Source: Polyangiales bacterium (GTDB taxonomy: Bacteria > Myxococcota_A > Polyangia > Polyangiales > Polyangiaceae). Taken from it: DNA of 64,000 nucleotides. Location of the stretch: assembly GCA_038231275.1 (NCBI GenBank), contig JBBRLQ010000013.1:163737-227736 (forward strand), given 5' to 3'. This document shows positions 27,513 to 37,236 of this stretch, in pieces (position 1 is the first letter of the stretch; every line of letters begins with the position of its first letter). A model generated the notes under the pieces. It did no database searches. It saw nothing but the letters and a program-made list of their open reading frames with translations, and was not told the origin of the DNA. Made by a program: the position numbers and the translations under genes.

Positions 27513-28595
27513 ATGAGAACTTCAGCGCTCTTGTGCGTCGCGTCCGTCGCGTCCGTGGGTGGATTCTTCCAGGTCGGCTGCTCGAGCTCGAGCAGCTCCG
27601 GAGGAACCGACGCCGGGAGCGACGCGAGCGACGCGGGCGGTTCGAGCACGGACGCCGCCGACGCCGCGCACGCACCTTACGACGCCGGCGACACCGACTC
27701 CGGTCCCATCCTCAACCCGCCCCCTCCTCCCGGCGGCGGCGTCGGGTGGCGGTCCGTCGTCGGCGCGGACGGGTTCTTCGGGCAGACGTTCGACGATCGC
27801 ACGTGGGCCGGCCGTGTCGTCGGCGTCCGCTCGCTCTTCTCGGTAACGTGCTGGGGCAACCTCCGCGGTTGGATCTCCGGTCATAACGGGCTCGTCGCGC
27901 GCACCGACGACGGCGGTCAGACGTGGGCGCCCGAGGACGCGCACCTCGCAGGCGATCTCCTCGCCATCCGCTTCGGGTCGCCCACGCTCGGCGTCGTCGC
28001 CGGACAATCGGGCGCGCTCGCCATCACGCGCGACGGCGGCGTCCACTGGCTCCCCACGGCCAGCGGCACGAACGTCACCCTCCGCGGCGCGGCTGTCGCG
28101 GGCGACGTCGGCGTGATGATCGTGGTCGGCGACGGCGGCACCATCCTCCGCTCCGCCGACTCCGGCGGGACGTGGGCGCCTGCCCGCGCGCCCGGCGCCG
28201 GCGATCTCCGCGCGGTCGCGTCGGACTCCGGCGCGCACGTCGTCCTCGCCGTCGACGCGCTCGGATCCATCTGGTCGAGCGCCGACCTCGGCCTCTCGTT
28301 CGCGCGTGAGGCCCTCGCGCCGGCCGCCCTCGACGCCGTCGCCCTCTCCGACGATGGATCGAGCGCGCTCGCCGTCGGCCGCGGCGGCGCCGCCCTCGCG
28401 CGCGACGCCGCGGGCACGTGGACACGCCTCGCGACCGGCACGTCGTCCGATCTCCACGCCGCGCTCGCGTCCGGCGCGCGCTTCTACGCCGCCGGCGATC
28501 TCGGCACGCTCGTCACGAGCAGCGACCAGGGCCTCACCTGGGCAAAAACCCCGCTCGCCACGACCGCGACGCTCTACGCGCTCGAAGATCTCTGA
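27513..28595 (+). CDS. YCF48/BNR-repeat beta-propeller lipoprotein
   Basis: Repeated T/SxDGGxTW Asp-box motifs; QVGC lipobox. Confidence 0.75.
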   Translation: MRTSALLCVASVASVGGFFQVGCSSSSSSGGTDAGSDASDAGGSSTDAADAAHAPYDAGDTDSGPILNPPPPPGGGVGWRSVVGADGFFGQTFDDRTWAGRVVGVRSLFSVTCWGNLRGWISGHNGLVARTDDGGQTWAPEDAHLAGDLLAIRFGSPTLGVVAGQSGALAITRDGGVHWLPTASGTNVTLRGAAVAGDVGVMIVVGDGGTILRSADSGGTWAPARAPGAGDLRAVASDSGAHVVLAVDALGSIWSSADLGLSFAREALAPAALDAVALSDDGSSALAVGRGGAALARDAAGTWTRLATGTSSDLHAALASGARFYAAGDLGTLVTSSDQGLTWAKTPLATTATLYALEDL

Positions 28596-28635
28596 GTGAA
28601 GCGAAGCGCAGCGGAGCGAAACGCTCCTGCCGGAA

Positions 28636-28664
28636 AGGCCTGACCGGCTCATCCGGTTAGGCCT
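28636..28664. terminator. Stem-loop downstream of the YCF48-like gene
   Basis: AGGCCTGACCGG-CTCAT-CCGGTTAGGCCT inverted repeat; no U-tract. Confidence 0.45.
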
Positions 28665-28689
28665 GCCGACCGTGTGCTAACCTCCGTAC

Positions 28690-28929
28690 GTGGACGCGGA
28701 TTTCGCGAAGCGAGCAGAGGAGCGACGGAAGCGCATGACCGGCGGCGTCGCGCGCTCCTTCGCCGAGCTCGAGCTCGCGTCGTACGAGTTCTGGAAGCGG
28801 GCGTCGTTCACCGAGAAGCTGCAGGCGACGCACGACGCCCTCGCCGAGGCGTGGACCCTACATGGACGAAATGGACCTCCACCCCGATTTGATGGATCTA
28901 CTTGGGGCGTTCTCAAGCTCGAACGTTGA
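28690..28929 (+). CDS. Small protein, putative partner or antitoxin of the adjacent nucleotidyltransferase
   Basis: 79 aa with YEFWKRASFTEKL motif; preceded by extended -10 TGCTAACCT; overlaps the NTase start. Confidence 0.6.
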   Translation: MDADFAKRAEERRKRMTGGVARSFAELELASYEFWKRASFTEKLQATHDALAEAWTLHGRNGPPPRFDGSTWGVLKLER

Positions 28930-29320
28930 GTATCTCGTGGTCGGCGGCTGGGCCGTCTCCGTCCACACCGAGCCGCGCTTCACGAAGGATCTCGATCTCC
29001 TCATCGGCGGCGATCCCGACAACCTGCAGCGCGCAGCTCACGCACTTGCCCTCTTCGGCGCGCCGGAGTCGATCGTGGCCCAGGCGCGCGGGCTCGGCAC
29101 CGACGAATTTCTCTACTTCGGCATCCCACCGGCGCGGGTCGATCTCCTCCGCTCCATCCCGGGGGTGACCTTCGAGGAAGCGTTCGCGCGGCGCGTGGAC
29201 GTCCCGTGGGGTCGCGCGGTCGTCCACGTGATCGGCAAGGCCGATCTGATCGCAGCGAAGCGCGCGGCCGGCCGCGAGAAGGATCTCCGTGATCTGCGCG
29301 CGCTGGAGCGCGAGGGCTGA
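28871..29320 (+). CDS. Nucleotidyltransferase (DUF6036-like)
   Basis: VEYLVVGGWAV..H..PRFTKDLDL ... LIAAKRAAGREKDLRDL. Confidence 0.82.
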   Translation: MDLHPDLMDLLGAFSSSNVEYLVVGGWAVSVHTEPRFTKDLDLLIGGDPDNLQRAAHALALFGAPESIVAQARGLGTDEFLYFGIPPARVDLLRSIPGVTFEEAFARRVDVPWGRAVVHVIGKADLIAAKRAAGREKDLRDLRALEREG

Positions 29321-29411
29321 TCGGTACTGGGCTTCGTGTCGCGGACGCCGCCAACGTTGGCGCGGAGCCACGCCAACGTTGGCGAACGCCGACGAGTCGT
29401 GGTCGCCGACC

Positions 29412-30044
29412 TCAGGGCTTCGTGTCGCAGCTCGACGAGGTGATGCACTGGTTGAACGCGACGCAGTCGGCGTTCGCCTGGCACGCGGTGTCGGCGGCCT
29501 GGTTGCACTGCGTCGCGCCTTTCAGGCACGTGTCGCACGCGTCGTTGGGCGTCGGATCTTTGCCGGCGCAGTAGGTCGCCGCGCATTGCGTCGTGCACGT
29601 GCCCGGGGCCTGACAGGCGCAGTCACCGAATGCTTTGTCGTCGACGTCGGCGCCGGCCGAGTGTTGGCTGTAGCAGCACTGCCCGCAGTCCGCGCCCGTC
29701 GTGGTCGCCGCGCAGTTGGTGCCGACGCCGGCGTCGCTGCCGCCGCTGCTCGTCCCGCTGCTCCCGCTGGAGCTCGTGCTCCCACTGGAGCTGCTCGTGC
29801 TCCCGCCGCTGCTCGTGCTCCCGCTGGAGCTGCTCGTGCTCCCGCCGCTCGAGCTGAACCCACTCGACGAGCTGCCGCCGCTGCTCGTGCTGCCGCCGCT
29901 GCTCCCGCTCGTTCCTTTGCTCGCGCCGCTCGACGCGGTCTCGTTCTGAGTTCCCGTGTCCGGCGACCCGTGCGCGGAGCACGCGACGGCGAGCGTGATC
30001 GTGGCGAGCGCGAGGACGTTCGTGATGGGCTGTCGCATGCCCAC
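29412..30044 (-). CDS. Ser/Gly-rich lipoprotein with Cys-rich C-terminal domain
   Basis: LAVAC lipobox, (SSGG/STSS)n linker, many paired Cys. Confidence 0.65.
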   Translation of the reverse strand: MGMRQPITNVLALATITLAVACSAHGSPDTGTQNETASSGASKGTSGSSGGSTSSGGSSSSGFSSSGGSTSSSSGSTSSGGSTSSSSGSTSSSGSSGTSSGGSDAGVGTNCAATTTGADCGQCCYSQHSAGADVDDKAFGDCACQAPGTCTTQCAATYCAGKDPTPNDACDTCLKGATQCNQAADTACQANADCVAFNQCITSSSCDTKP

Positions 30045-30198
30045 GGGAATTGCACGAAGCGATCCCAGGCAAAAATGGCCCTTCCGTACACCTGACGGAC
30101 CACTTTTCCGTCATGGATTCAGAAACGACGAGAGCAGGTTGGATCCTCTGCACCACGCTCACGCACGTGGGCTCGAGAATTTTCCAGACGGGGCGTCG

Positions 30199-32103
30199 TC
30201 AGAGACCGCAGCACGTCTGAGGGAGCGCGACCGTCAGGAACGCCGACGAGTTGTGATCGCCGACTTGGTCGCATTGGCTCACGACGAGGGGCGACGGCGA
30301 CGTCACGGTGGCCGGTGTACACGCGCTGGAGGCAGGCAGGCCGCAGCCCCAGGTCGACGACGTGGCGCTGGCGGGAGTGTTCGCGAGGTAGCAGAGGCCG
30401 ACGGCGCCGTTCTTCTTGCTCGTGCGGTTGTAGATGTTGTTCCCAAGACCGCCGCTGACTCCGCCGCCGAGGTCCGCGACGCACGCGCCGCCGCCGGGGC
30501 GGTTGGCGATGAACGCGCCAAACGTCTTGTTCTCGAGGAGCGTCGCGCCGCGGAGGAGCAGGTTGAGGCTGGCGCCGTTGCCGTTCGATGCGTCGCAGAT
30601 GAGGCCCGCGCGGTTGCCGCTGGAGTTGAGCCCGTTGATGGTGGCCGTCGCGTTGCCGCCGATGTGGACGCCCGTGGCACCGTTCGCGACGACGTCGACC
30701 GGGCCCGAGGACGCGTTGATGGCGAGGCTCGCCGTGTCGATCGCCTCGATCCCCGCGCCGACGCCGGCCGAGATCTCGCCGATTCCGGTGATCGTGACGG
30801 CGGGGCCGGCGGAGAGCGTGCCGGCGCCTTGAAGGCGGATGCCGTAGTACGCGGGGGCGCTGGGTCCCGACGTATCGATGAGCGTTCGCGCGACCTCGAC
30901 GATCGCGCTCGGAGGCTTGCCGGTCGCGACGACCACGCCGCCGTTGCCGCCGCAGTCCTGGAGATGGAGGCGCCCGGGATCGCCGGCGGTGGTCGCCGTC
31001 AGCGTGGCGGACGGGACGGCCTGCGCTCCGCCGTTCGCGCTCTCGACGCGGACGCATGCGAACTGCGACGAGTGGAAGAACGAGGGCGCCGCGGCGCTCG
31101 ACGTGATGATCGGGTTCGATGCCGCTACCGGCGCGCCGCCGTTTTGCTGCGTGACGAGCACAGAGTGATCGCCGCCGACGATCGTGACGCCTGGTCCGAC
31201 CGTGGGGCTCGTGCCGCCGAGCATCGCGATGCCGCTCGAGGTCGACTCGGTCGCGCCGATGCGGATCACGCCGTCGACGATCACGTTGGTGACGGTCGCT
31301 TCTTGTCCAGCGGGGGCAGGCGGCGCGGCGAACAACACGCCGATCGCGCCGGCGACGCGCCCGCCGCCGCTCCCCGTCGCGATCTTGCGCGGGGCGACGG
31401 TCAGGTTGGCGAAGCCGACGTTCGGCGCATTCACGACGAAGACTGCGACATCGCCTGCCGCGACGCCGCCGACGACGCGGAGCGCGCTGGGATCGGCGCC
31501 GGTGCCCTGAATCACGATGCCGGAGGACATCACGTCGGTGACGTGGATGGGCGTCACGTCGCATTTTCCGGCGCCGGCCGTGCAACCGGTTCCGTAGACG
31601 AACAGGGCCGCGCCGGGCCCCGACGCGACGTAGATCGTAGTCGCGACGGAGGCGCCGGCGGTGGTGGAGAGCGCCTTCGTGATCGTGACGAACGGGCAGG
31701 TCTGCGAGCCGTTGCCGGTGAGGTCGCTGCCGGAGGGCGCGACGTAGACCGCGCCCGCGGTCGGGGCCGGGCAGGAACCGGAGTCGGAGCCGGAGTCGAG
31801 GCCGGAGTCGAGGCCGGAGTCGGATCCGGAGTCAGAACCGGAGTCGAGGCCGGAGTCGGATCCGGAGTCGGATCTCGCGTCGCTTCCCGTGTCGACGGTC
31901 GCGTCGCCGGCGCCGGTGTCCACGGTCGCGTCGTCGACGGTCGCGTCGGCGCCGGCGTCGATAGGGGTGCCGCCTTCGACCGGGCCGCCGTCGTCGCCGA
32001 ACGAGATCGCTCCGTCGGATCCGCCGCAGGCGATGCACGCGGCGCCGCCGGCACAAAAGAGGAGCCCCGCCCACGTCGCCCTGACCCGTCGTGCGTCGCC
32101 CAT
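30199..32103 (-). CDS. DUF1565-like / pectin-lyase-fold beta-helix lipoprotein
   Basis: CIACGG lipobox, DSG repeats, VYVAPSGSD..GNGS..CPF.TITKAL, ADLGGG..GG.GNN. Confidence 0.65.
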   Translation of the reverse strand: MGDARRVRATWAGLLFCAGGAACIACGGSDGAISFGDDGGPVEGGTPIDAGADATVDDATVDTGAGDATVDTGSDARSDSGSDSGLDSGSDSGSDSGLDSGLDSGSDSGSCPAPTAGAVYVAPSGSDLTGNGSQTCPFVTITKALSTTAGASVATTIYVASGPGAALFVYGTGCTAGAGKCDVTPIHVTDVMSSGIVIQGTGADPSALRVVGGVAAGDVAVFVVNAPNVGFANLTVAPRKIATGSGGGRVAGAIGVLFAAPPAPAGQEATVTNVIVDGVIRIGATESTSSGIAMLGGTSPTVGPGVTIVGGDHSVLVTQQNGGAPVAASNPIITSSAAAPSFFHSSQFACVRVESANGGAQAVPSATLTATTAGDPGRLHLQDCGGNGGVVVATGKPPSAIVEVARTLIDTSGPSAPAYYGIRLQGAGTLSAGPAVTITGIGEISAGVGAGIEAIDTASLAINASSGPVDVVANGATGVHIGGNATATINGLNSSGNRAGLICDASNGNGASLNLLLRGATLLENKTFGAFIANRPGGGACVADLGGGVSGGLGNNIYNRTSKKNGAVGLCYLANTPASATSSTWGCGLPASSACTPATVTSPSPLVVSQCDQVGDHNSSAFLTVALPQTCCGL

Positions 32104-32224
32104 GGTCGTCTCCTCCTCTAGTGCATTCGCCAGGTACCCGGCGACTAAGTCCCCACCGTGCAGTCTACGAGAATTCCGCAACAGGAACACCCGCGGGGCG
32201 CCGTGCGTTAGGATGCGGGCGTCG

Positions 32225-33607
32225 ATGCGAACCCCTCGCACATCTGGAGTCGCAGGATTTGCGAGACTTGCGCGCGTGTGCGCGAACAGCGCCTTGCTGA
32301 CGCTCGCGGCGTGCTCGACGTTTGGGGCCGTGTATCCACCCCGCCCACCTGCGTCGCCGGGATTGCCGGTCGCCGATCCCACGCCGTCGCGGATCGTCGC
32401 GCACGTCACGGTGACCTCCGCGGGCCTCCGCAGCGCGCTCGACGGCGCCATCCCGAAGGCACAAGACGGACAGTTCGCGCTCTTGAAATCGCAGCGCCGC
32501 TACAAGTGGGAGCGCGATCCGGTCGAGGTGAGCTTCGCGCAGGGGCGCATCGCGATCGACGCGCGCGTCCGCGCGAACGTGGACATGCCGGTGGGGAGCC
32601 TGGATTTCGCGCTCGATTTGCACGTGCTCGCGGAGCCGGTCATCAACTCCGACTACAAGGTGAAGCTCCAGTCCACCGAGGTGAAGGTGACGTCGGCCGA
32701 CAAACGCCTCAAGGTCGCCGACCACGTCTCCGGCGTCTTCGACACGATCGCGCGCGAGCTCGGGACCAAGCTGAAGGAGTTCATGTACGACGTGCGGCCT
32801 CTCCTCGACGAGGCGTACGCGCGGGTGAAAAAGCCGATCGAGCTGCCGATCGGCGACGCGATGGGCTGCGCGGAGCTGCGCGTCCTCGGCGTGGAAGCGG
32901 GACCTACTGTCGTCGCCGATGGCCTCGAGAAAGACATCGCCCTCGTCGTCGCTCCTCGAGTGACGTTGCCATGCGCCGCGTCCGACGAGCCGACACCTCT
33001 TCCCCCGCTCGCCAACGTGGCGCAAGTGCCGTCGGGACCGTTCACGGTCACCGTGCCGATCGCCGCGCGCTACGACGAGCTCACCCGCGCGCTCTCGATG
33101 GCGTTCACCGACGGCAAGCTGTTCTTCTCGACCGACTACCCCAAGCTGTTCCTCGAGAAGCCGGAGATCTACGAGTCGCAAGGTCAGCTCGTCTTGAAGC
33201 TGCACCTCCAGGGCCCCGTCCACAAGCTCGGGATCGACGCCGATCTCGACGGCGATCTCTACTTGAGCGGGCACATCTCGGTCGTCGACAACGAGGTGCG
33301 GATCCCGGATCTCGAGCCGACCATCGAGACGAAGAACTTCTTCCTCTCCCTCAAGGCGATGACCGACGGCGACACGATCCGGGATCAGGCCCGCGCGGCG
33401 CTGCGCTTGGACCTCGGCGAGCGCCTGCACGCCGTGAAGGCCAAGCTGTCGTCGGATCTCACGTTCGGTGGTCCCGACGCGTGCTTCCGAGGGGATCTCG
33501 ACAAGATCGAGGTCACGAGCGCCCACGCCCACGGCGACTACCTCCGCGTCTACGTCGCCGTCACCGCGCGCGCCGCCGCCACGATGCCCTGCCCGGCCGC
33601 CCCGTAG
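32225..33607 (+). CDS. DUF4403-like lipoprotein
   Basis: LAAC lipobox; two tubular-lipid-binding-like halves typical of DUF4403 (recognised from memory). Confidence 0.55.
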   Translation: MRTPRTSGVAGFARLARVCANSALLTLAACSTFGAVYPPRPPASPGLPVADPTPSRIVAHVTVTSAGLRSALDGAIPKAQDGQFALLKSQRRYKWERDPVEVSFAQGRIAIDARVRANVDMPVGSLDFALDLHVLAEPVINSDYKVKLQSTEVKVTSADKRLKVADHVSGVFDTIARELGTKLKEFMYDVRPLLDEAYARVKKPIELPIGDAMGCAELRVLGVEAGPTVVADGLEKDIALVVAPRVTLPCAASDEPTPLPPLANVAQVPSGPFTVTVPIAARYDELTRALSMAFTDGKLFFSTDYPKLFLEKPEIYESQGQLVLKLHLQGPVHKLGIDADLDGDLYLSGHISVVDNEVRIPDLEPTIETKNFFLSLKAMTDGDTIRDQARAALRLDLGERLHAVKAKLSSDLTFGGPDACFRGDLDKIEVTSAHAHGDYLRVYVAVTARAAATMPCPAAP

Positions 33608-33724
33608 CCCGTAGCCCCGTAGCCCCATCGAGCGGCCTCGTCGATTTTTTGCAACTCGCCCTCCGTGACGCGTGTCTCGAAGGGAGCGCCTCGTTCTCCG
33701 AGGGCTCCCTTCCACCACCTTCCG

Positions 33725-34372
33725 ATGAGTTGCCTAGCCCTGCCCCCCACACGGTCCCCCGCGCTCGCGCCGAGCGTCGCGCCGCGCCCCTTCGACGACG
33801 ACGCCGTGCTCGTCGCCGCGATGATCGGCGATTCGCCAGCCGCCTGGCGCGCGTTCCACGTCCGCTTCGGCGCGCTCGTCGCGCACAGCATCTACCGGAT
33901 CACGCGCCGCTTCTGGCGGGTCGCGACGACCGAGGACGCGCAAGACATCGCGGGCGCCTTCTATCTCTCGCTCGTCGCGAGGGACAAGCGCAAGCTCCGC
34001 TCGTTCGATCCGTCGCGCGGCTACCGGCTCGCCTCGTGGATCCGCGTGCTGGCGATGAACGCTTCGTACGATCACCTCCGCAAGATCGGGCGAGAGCCCA
34101 TGAAGGAGGAGCTCGCCGCCGCAGAGGACGTCCCGTGCGACGCGCTCGACGCGCCCGGTCAGATCCAGCGCATCGAGACGCTCGCTGCCGTCACGCGCGA
34201 GCTCACCGGCTTCACGGCGCGCGACCGTGAGTTCGCGAAGCTCCACTTGGTGGAGGGCCTCGACGCGCCGAGCGTGGCAGCGCAAATGTCCGTCTCCGTG
34301 AAGACGATCTACTCCAAGAAGAACAAGATCATCATGCGGCTCGCCGCCGCGCTCGATCGGTCAGTGCGCTGA
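33725..34372 (+). CDS. ECF-type sigma-70 factor
   Basis: Region 2: GD..AW..F..RF...DAQD...FDPSRG..LASWI. Region 4: VAAQMSVSVKTIYSKKNK. Confidence 0.78.
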   Translation: MSCLALPPTRSPALAPSVAPRPFDDDAVLVAAMIGDSPAAWRAFHVRFGALVAHSIYRITRRFWRVATTEDAQDIAGAFYLSLVARDKRKLRSFDPSRGYRLASWIRVLAMNASYDHLRKIGREPMKEELAAAEDVPCDALDAPGQIQRIETLAAVTRELTGFTARDREFAKLHLVEGLDAPSVAAQMSVSVKTIYSKKNKIIMRLAAALDRSVR

Positions 34373-35455
34373 CCCGTGCGCTTCTTTGGCGGGCGCTTTC
34401 GGCTCTTTCGCGGCCATGGGTTGGGGCTGCGCCTTCGCGTCGCGCAGCGCGTCGCGTAGATCCTTGATGTCCTTGATCTCGACGGTGTCCTTCGCGCGCG
34501 CGCCGTCGCCCGCGTGAGGGTCGGGGCCGACGAGGCCGAGCACGCCGCGCTCGAACGCCTGGAGCTTCGCCGCGTCGCGGTTGCCGTTGACGTTGACGAG
34601 GACGATCTTGCCGGTCCCCGCCTTCATGTCGTTGCGAAAGTCGTACACGCCGCCGACGATCGTGAGCGCGCCAGAGGCGACCTCGTCGTCGAACTTGGCG
34701 AGCGCGGCGGCGACCTGATCGTTGACGTTCTGCACCACGCCGTCGACCCACGCCGCCGGATCGTCGTCTTTGACGCCCTCCTTGCGCTTCGCGACCTTGA
34801 TCGCGTCGAGCTCGTGCTTGATGGCGTCGCTCTCCTTGCCGTAGTCGCCCATCGCCGCCTTCACCGCGCCGCACCCGGTGTGGCCGAGGACGAAGAGCAC
34901 CGGCGTCTTCAGGTGGTGGACGCCGTACTCGACCGAGCCCTCGGAGTTGGCGACCTGGTTGCCGATGTTGCGGATGGTGAAGTCGTCGTTCTCGGGTGTC
35001 GCGTCGTACGCAGGAGACTGTACGCGCGAGTCGGAGCACGTCACGACCGTCGCGCGCGGCTTCTGCGATCCGGCGAAGGCCTTGAAGAAGGCGGGATCGT
35101 GCGTCCGTGCGTAGGCGGCGTTGTCCGTGAAGACGCCGTGGAAGAAGGTGCGGGTCAAGGCGAGCGGATCGTCTTTGTCGGCCTCGGCGGCGAATGGGAC
35201 CGTGAACTTCTTCGCGTGCCCCTCGTGGCCATGCCCGGCGCGCGCGTGGTGGTCCTTCCCCTCCTTCGCGTCCTTGCTCTCCTTCTTGTCACCTTTGTCT
35301 CCGCCCCCGTGCGAGTCGCCTTCCTTCTCCTTCTCGGCGTCGACGACCGGCGCCTCCGCGGCGGCGGCTTGCGGCGCCTTGCACCCGAGCGGCGCGACCG
35401 CGAGCGCGAGGAGGAGGGCAGCGACAGCGGCGTGTGGTCTGGTCGGGTCGAACAT
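34361..35455 (-). CDS. Beta-class carbonic anhydrase, lipoprotein with His-rich N-terminal segment
   Basis: TCSDSRV, RNIGN, SVEYGV, GHTGCGAV; PLGC lipobox. Confidence 0.88.
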   Translation of the reverse strand: MFDPTRPHAAVAALLLALAVAPLGCKAPQAAAAEAPVVDAEKEKEGDSHGGGDKGDKKESKDAKEGKDHHARAGHGHEGHAKKFTVPFAAEADKDDPLALTRTFFHGVFTDNAAYARTHDPAFFKAFAGSQKPRATVVTCSDSRVQSPAYDATPENDDFTIRNIGNQVANSEGSVEYGVHHLKTPVLFVLGHTGCGAVKAAMGDYGKESDAIKHELDAIKVAKRKEGVKDDDPAAWVDGVVQNVNDQVAAALAKFDDEVASGALTIVGGVYDFRNDMKAGTGKIVLVNVNGNRDAAKLQAFERGVLGLVGPDPHAGDGARAKDTVEIKDIKDLRDALRDAKAQPQPMAAKEPKAPAKEAHGSAH

Positions 35456-35603
35456 CAACCACTGAACGGCGGCGGCGAAGGACGCTTTAGCCGCGTCGGG
35501 GGCACCACATCCGCGCACAGGCTGGGCGGGTGTACCAAACGACAGGCGTCGACGGGCAGGCAACTGTGGAGAAACCGTACACGCGAAAACCAAGCGAATT
35601 TCG

Positions 35604-37232
35604 ATGGACCACGCGTTGCAAAGTTACAGTCTCGTGGAACCGACATTCGGCAAATACCGGATCCTGGCGGAGCTTGGGCGTGGCGGGATGGCGGACGTCT
35701 ACCTCGCCATGGTCGCTGGACCTTCCGGCTCGGGCTTCTCGAAGCTCTCCGTCCTCAAGCGCCTGCGCGAGAACCTCGCAGAGGATCCCGAGTTCATCGC
35801 GATGCTGATGGACGAGGCGCGCATCTCCGCCCGCCTCAGCCACCCGAACGTCGTCCAGACGCACGAGATCGGCGTCGAGGGCGGCTCGTACTTCCTCGCG
35901 ATGGAGTACTTGGACGGTCAGCCGCTCCACCGCGTTCAGAAGCGCTCCCTCACCAGCGGCAAGCGCTTCCCGATGGATCTGGAGCTCCTCGTCCTCTCGG
36001 ACGTCCTCGCCGGCCTCCACCACGCCCACGAGCTCGCGGACTACGACGGCACGCCGCTCAACATCGTGCACCGCGACGTCACGCCGCAGAACGTCTTCGT
36101 CACGTACACCGGCCACGTGAAGGTCGTGGACTTCGGCATCGCGAAGGCCGCGGGCCGCTCGTGCGAGACACGTCAGGGCATCGTGAAGGGCAAGCTCCGC
36201 TACATGTCGCCCGAGCAGGCGATGGGCCTCTCGATCGACCGCCGCGCGGACCTCTTCTCGGTCGGCGTCCTCCTCTGGGAGGCCATCGTCGGCGAGCGGT
36301 TCTGGAAGGATCAAGAGGAGCTCGACATCGCCCGCGCGCTCATCGCCGGCAACTACAATCCGTCGCCGCGCGCGAAGGTGCCGGACGCGCCGGAGATGCT
36401 CGATCGCATTTGCCAGCGCGCGATGTCGCAGTCCGTCGAGCACCGCTACGCGACCGCGGAGGAGTTCAGGTCGGACCTCGAGAAATTCATGGTGACGCTG
36501 GACGGCGTGTCGCTGCGCCGGCGCCTCGGCGCGTGGGTTGGCGAGACGTTCGCGCGCGAGCGAACGACGATCAAGGAGATCATCGAGCGCGCCGGCCGCA
36601 AGGCGGAGCCGATGAGCGTCGAGCGGCTGAACCTCTCGCGATCGGGGTCGCGCGGTTCGGACGCGCCGGGCGCCGCGTCCGTGAGGCCGCTCGTGGTCAG
36701 TATGCCGCCGCCGCCGCTGGCGCCGACTCTCCCCGCCCCTCCGACGACGCCGCCGCCGGCCAAGAAGGGCGGCGGCGCGTGGGTGATGGCCGTGGGTGTC
36801 CTCGGGGCGATCGCGACGCTGGGCGTCGCCGGATTCTTCGTCGTCGCAGGAACCTCCACGGCCTCGGCCGCGGGACGCGAGCACCGTGTGAAGGCGGCGG
36901 GCTCGCCCGGCGTGCTCGTCGGAGCCGCGGAGCGAAAGGCCGCGCGCGTCGAAGCCGAGAACGTTGCGCCTCCCGAGCCGGTCGTCGTGTACCGCTACGT
37001 GCGCCCGGCGCCTGCGCAGCGCGTCGTCCAACACGCCCCTGCCGCGGTTGCCGCCGCGCCGCCCCCGACGACGACCGGCTCAGACCTCGTCCCGCACTCG
37101 CCGCGCGCCAAGCCCACGCTCGACTCCAGCGATCCGTGGAAGGGTCACAAGGTGGCGCCGCCGACCCTCGACAAGGGAGATCCCTGGGCGTCGCCGCCCG
37201 CGGCGCTGGCCCCCACGACTTGGGGAAAGTGA
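35604..37232 (+). CDS. Hanks-type Ser/Thr kinase with TM helix and Pro-rich tail
   Basis: GRGGMADVY, HRDVTPQN, DFG, YMSPEQ. Confidence 0.92.
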   Translation: MDHALQSYSLVEPTFGKYRILAELGRGGMADVYLAMVAGPSGSGFSKLSVLKRLRENLAEDPEFIAMLMDEARISARLSHPNVVQTHEIGVEGGSYFLAMEYLDGQPLHRVQKRSLTSGKRFPMDLELLVLSDVLAGLHHAHELADYDGTPLNIVHRDVTPQNVFVTYTGHVKVVDFGIAKAAGRSCETRQGIVKGKLRYMSPEQAMGLSIDRRADLFSVGVLLWEAIVGERFWKDQEELDIARALIAGNYNPSPRAKVPDAPEMLDRICQRAMSQSVEHRYATAEEFRSDLEKFMVTLDGVSLRRRLGAWVGETFARERTTIKEIIERAGRKAEPMSVERLNLSRSGSRGSDAPGAASVRPLVVSMPPPPLAPTLPAPPTTPPPAKKGGGAWVMAVGVLGAIATLGVAGFFVVAGTSTASAAGREHRVKAAGSPGVLVGAAERKAARVEAENVAPPEPVVVYRYVRPAPAQRVVQHAPAAVAAAPPPTTTGSDLVPHSPRAKPTLDSSDPWKGHKVAPPTLDKGDPWASPPAALAPTTWGK

Positions 37233-37236
37233 GCCT

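Noticed and set aside
29412..30044. Cys-rich small protein as a RiPP precursor
   Set aside because: It has a lipobox and linker typical of myxobacterial lipoproteins, and no maturation enzymes nearby.
33601..33627. CCGTAGC repeated three times at the stop of the DUF4403-like gene
   Set aside because: Short slippage-type microrepeat; no evidence for readthrough or function.
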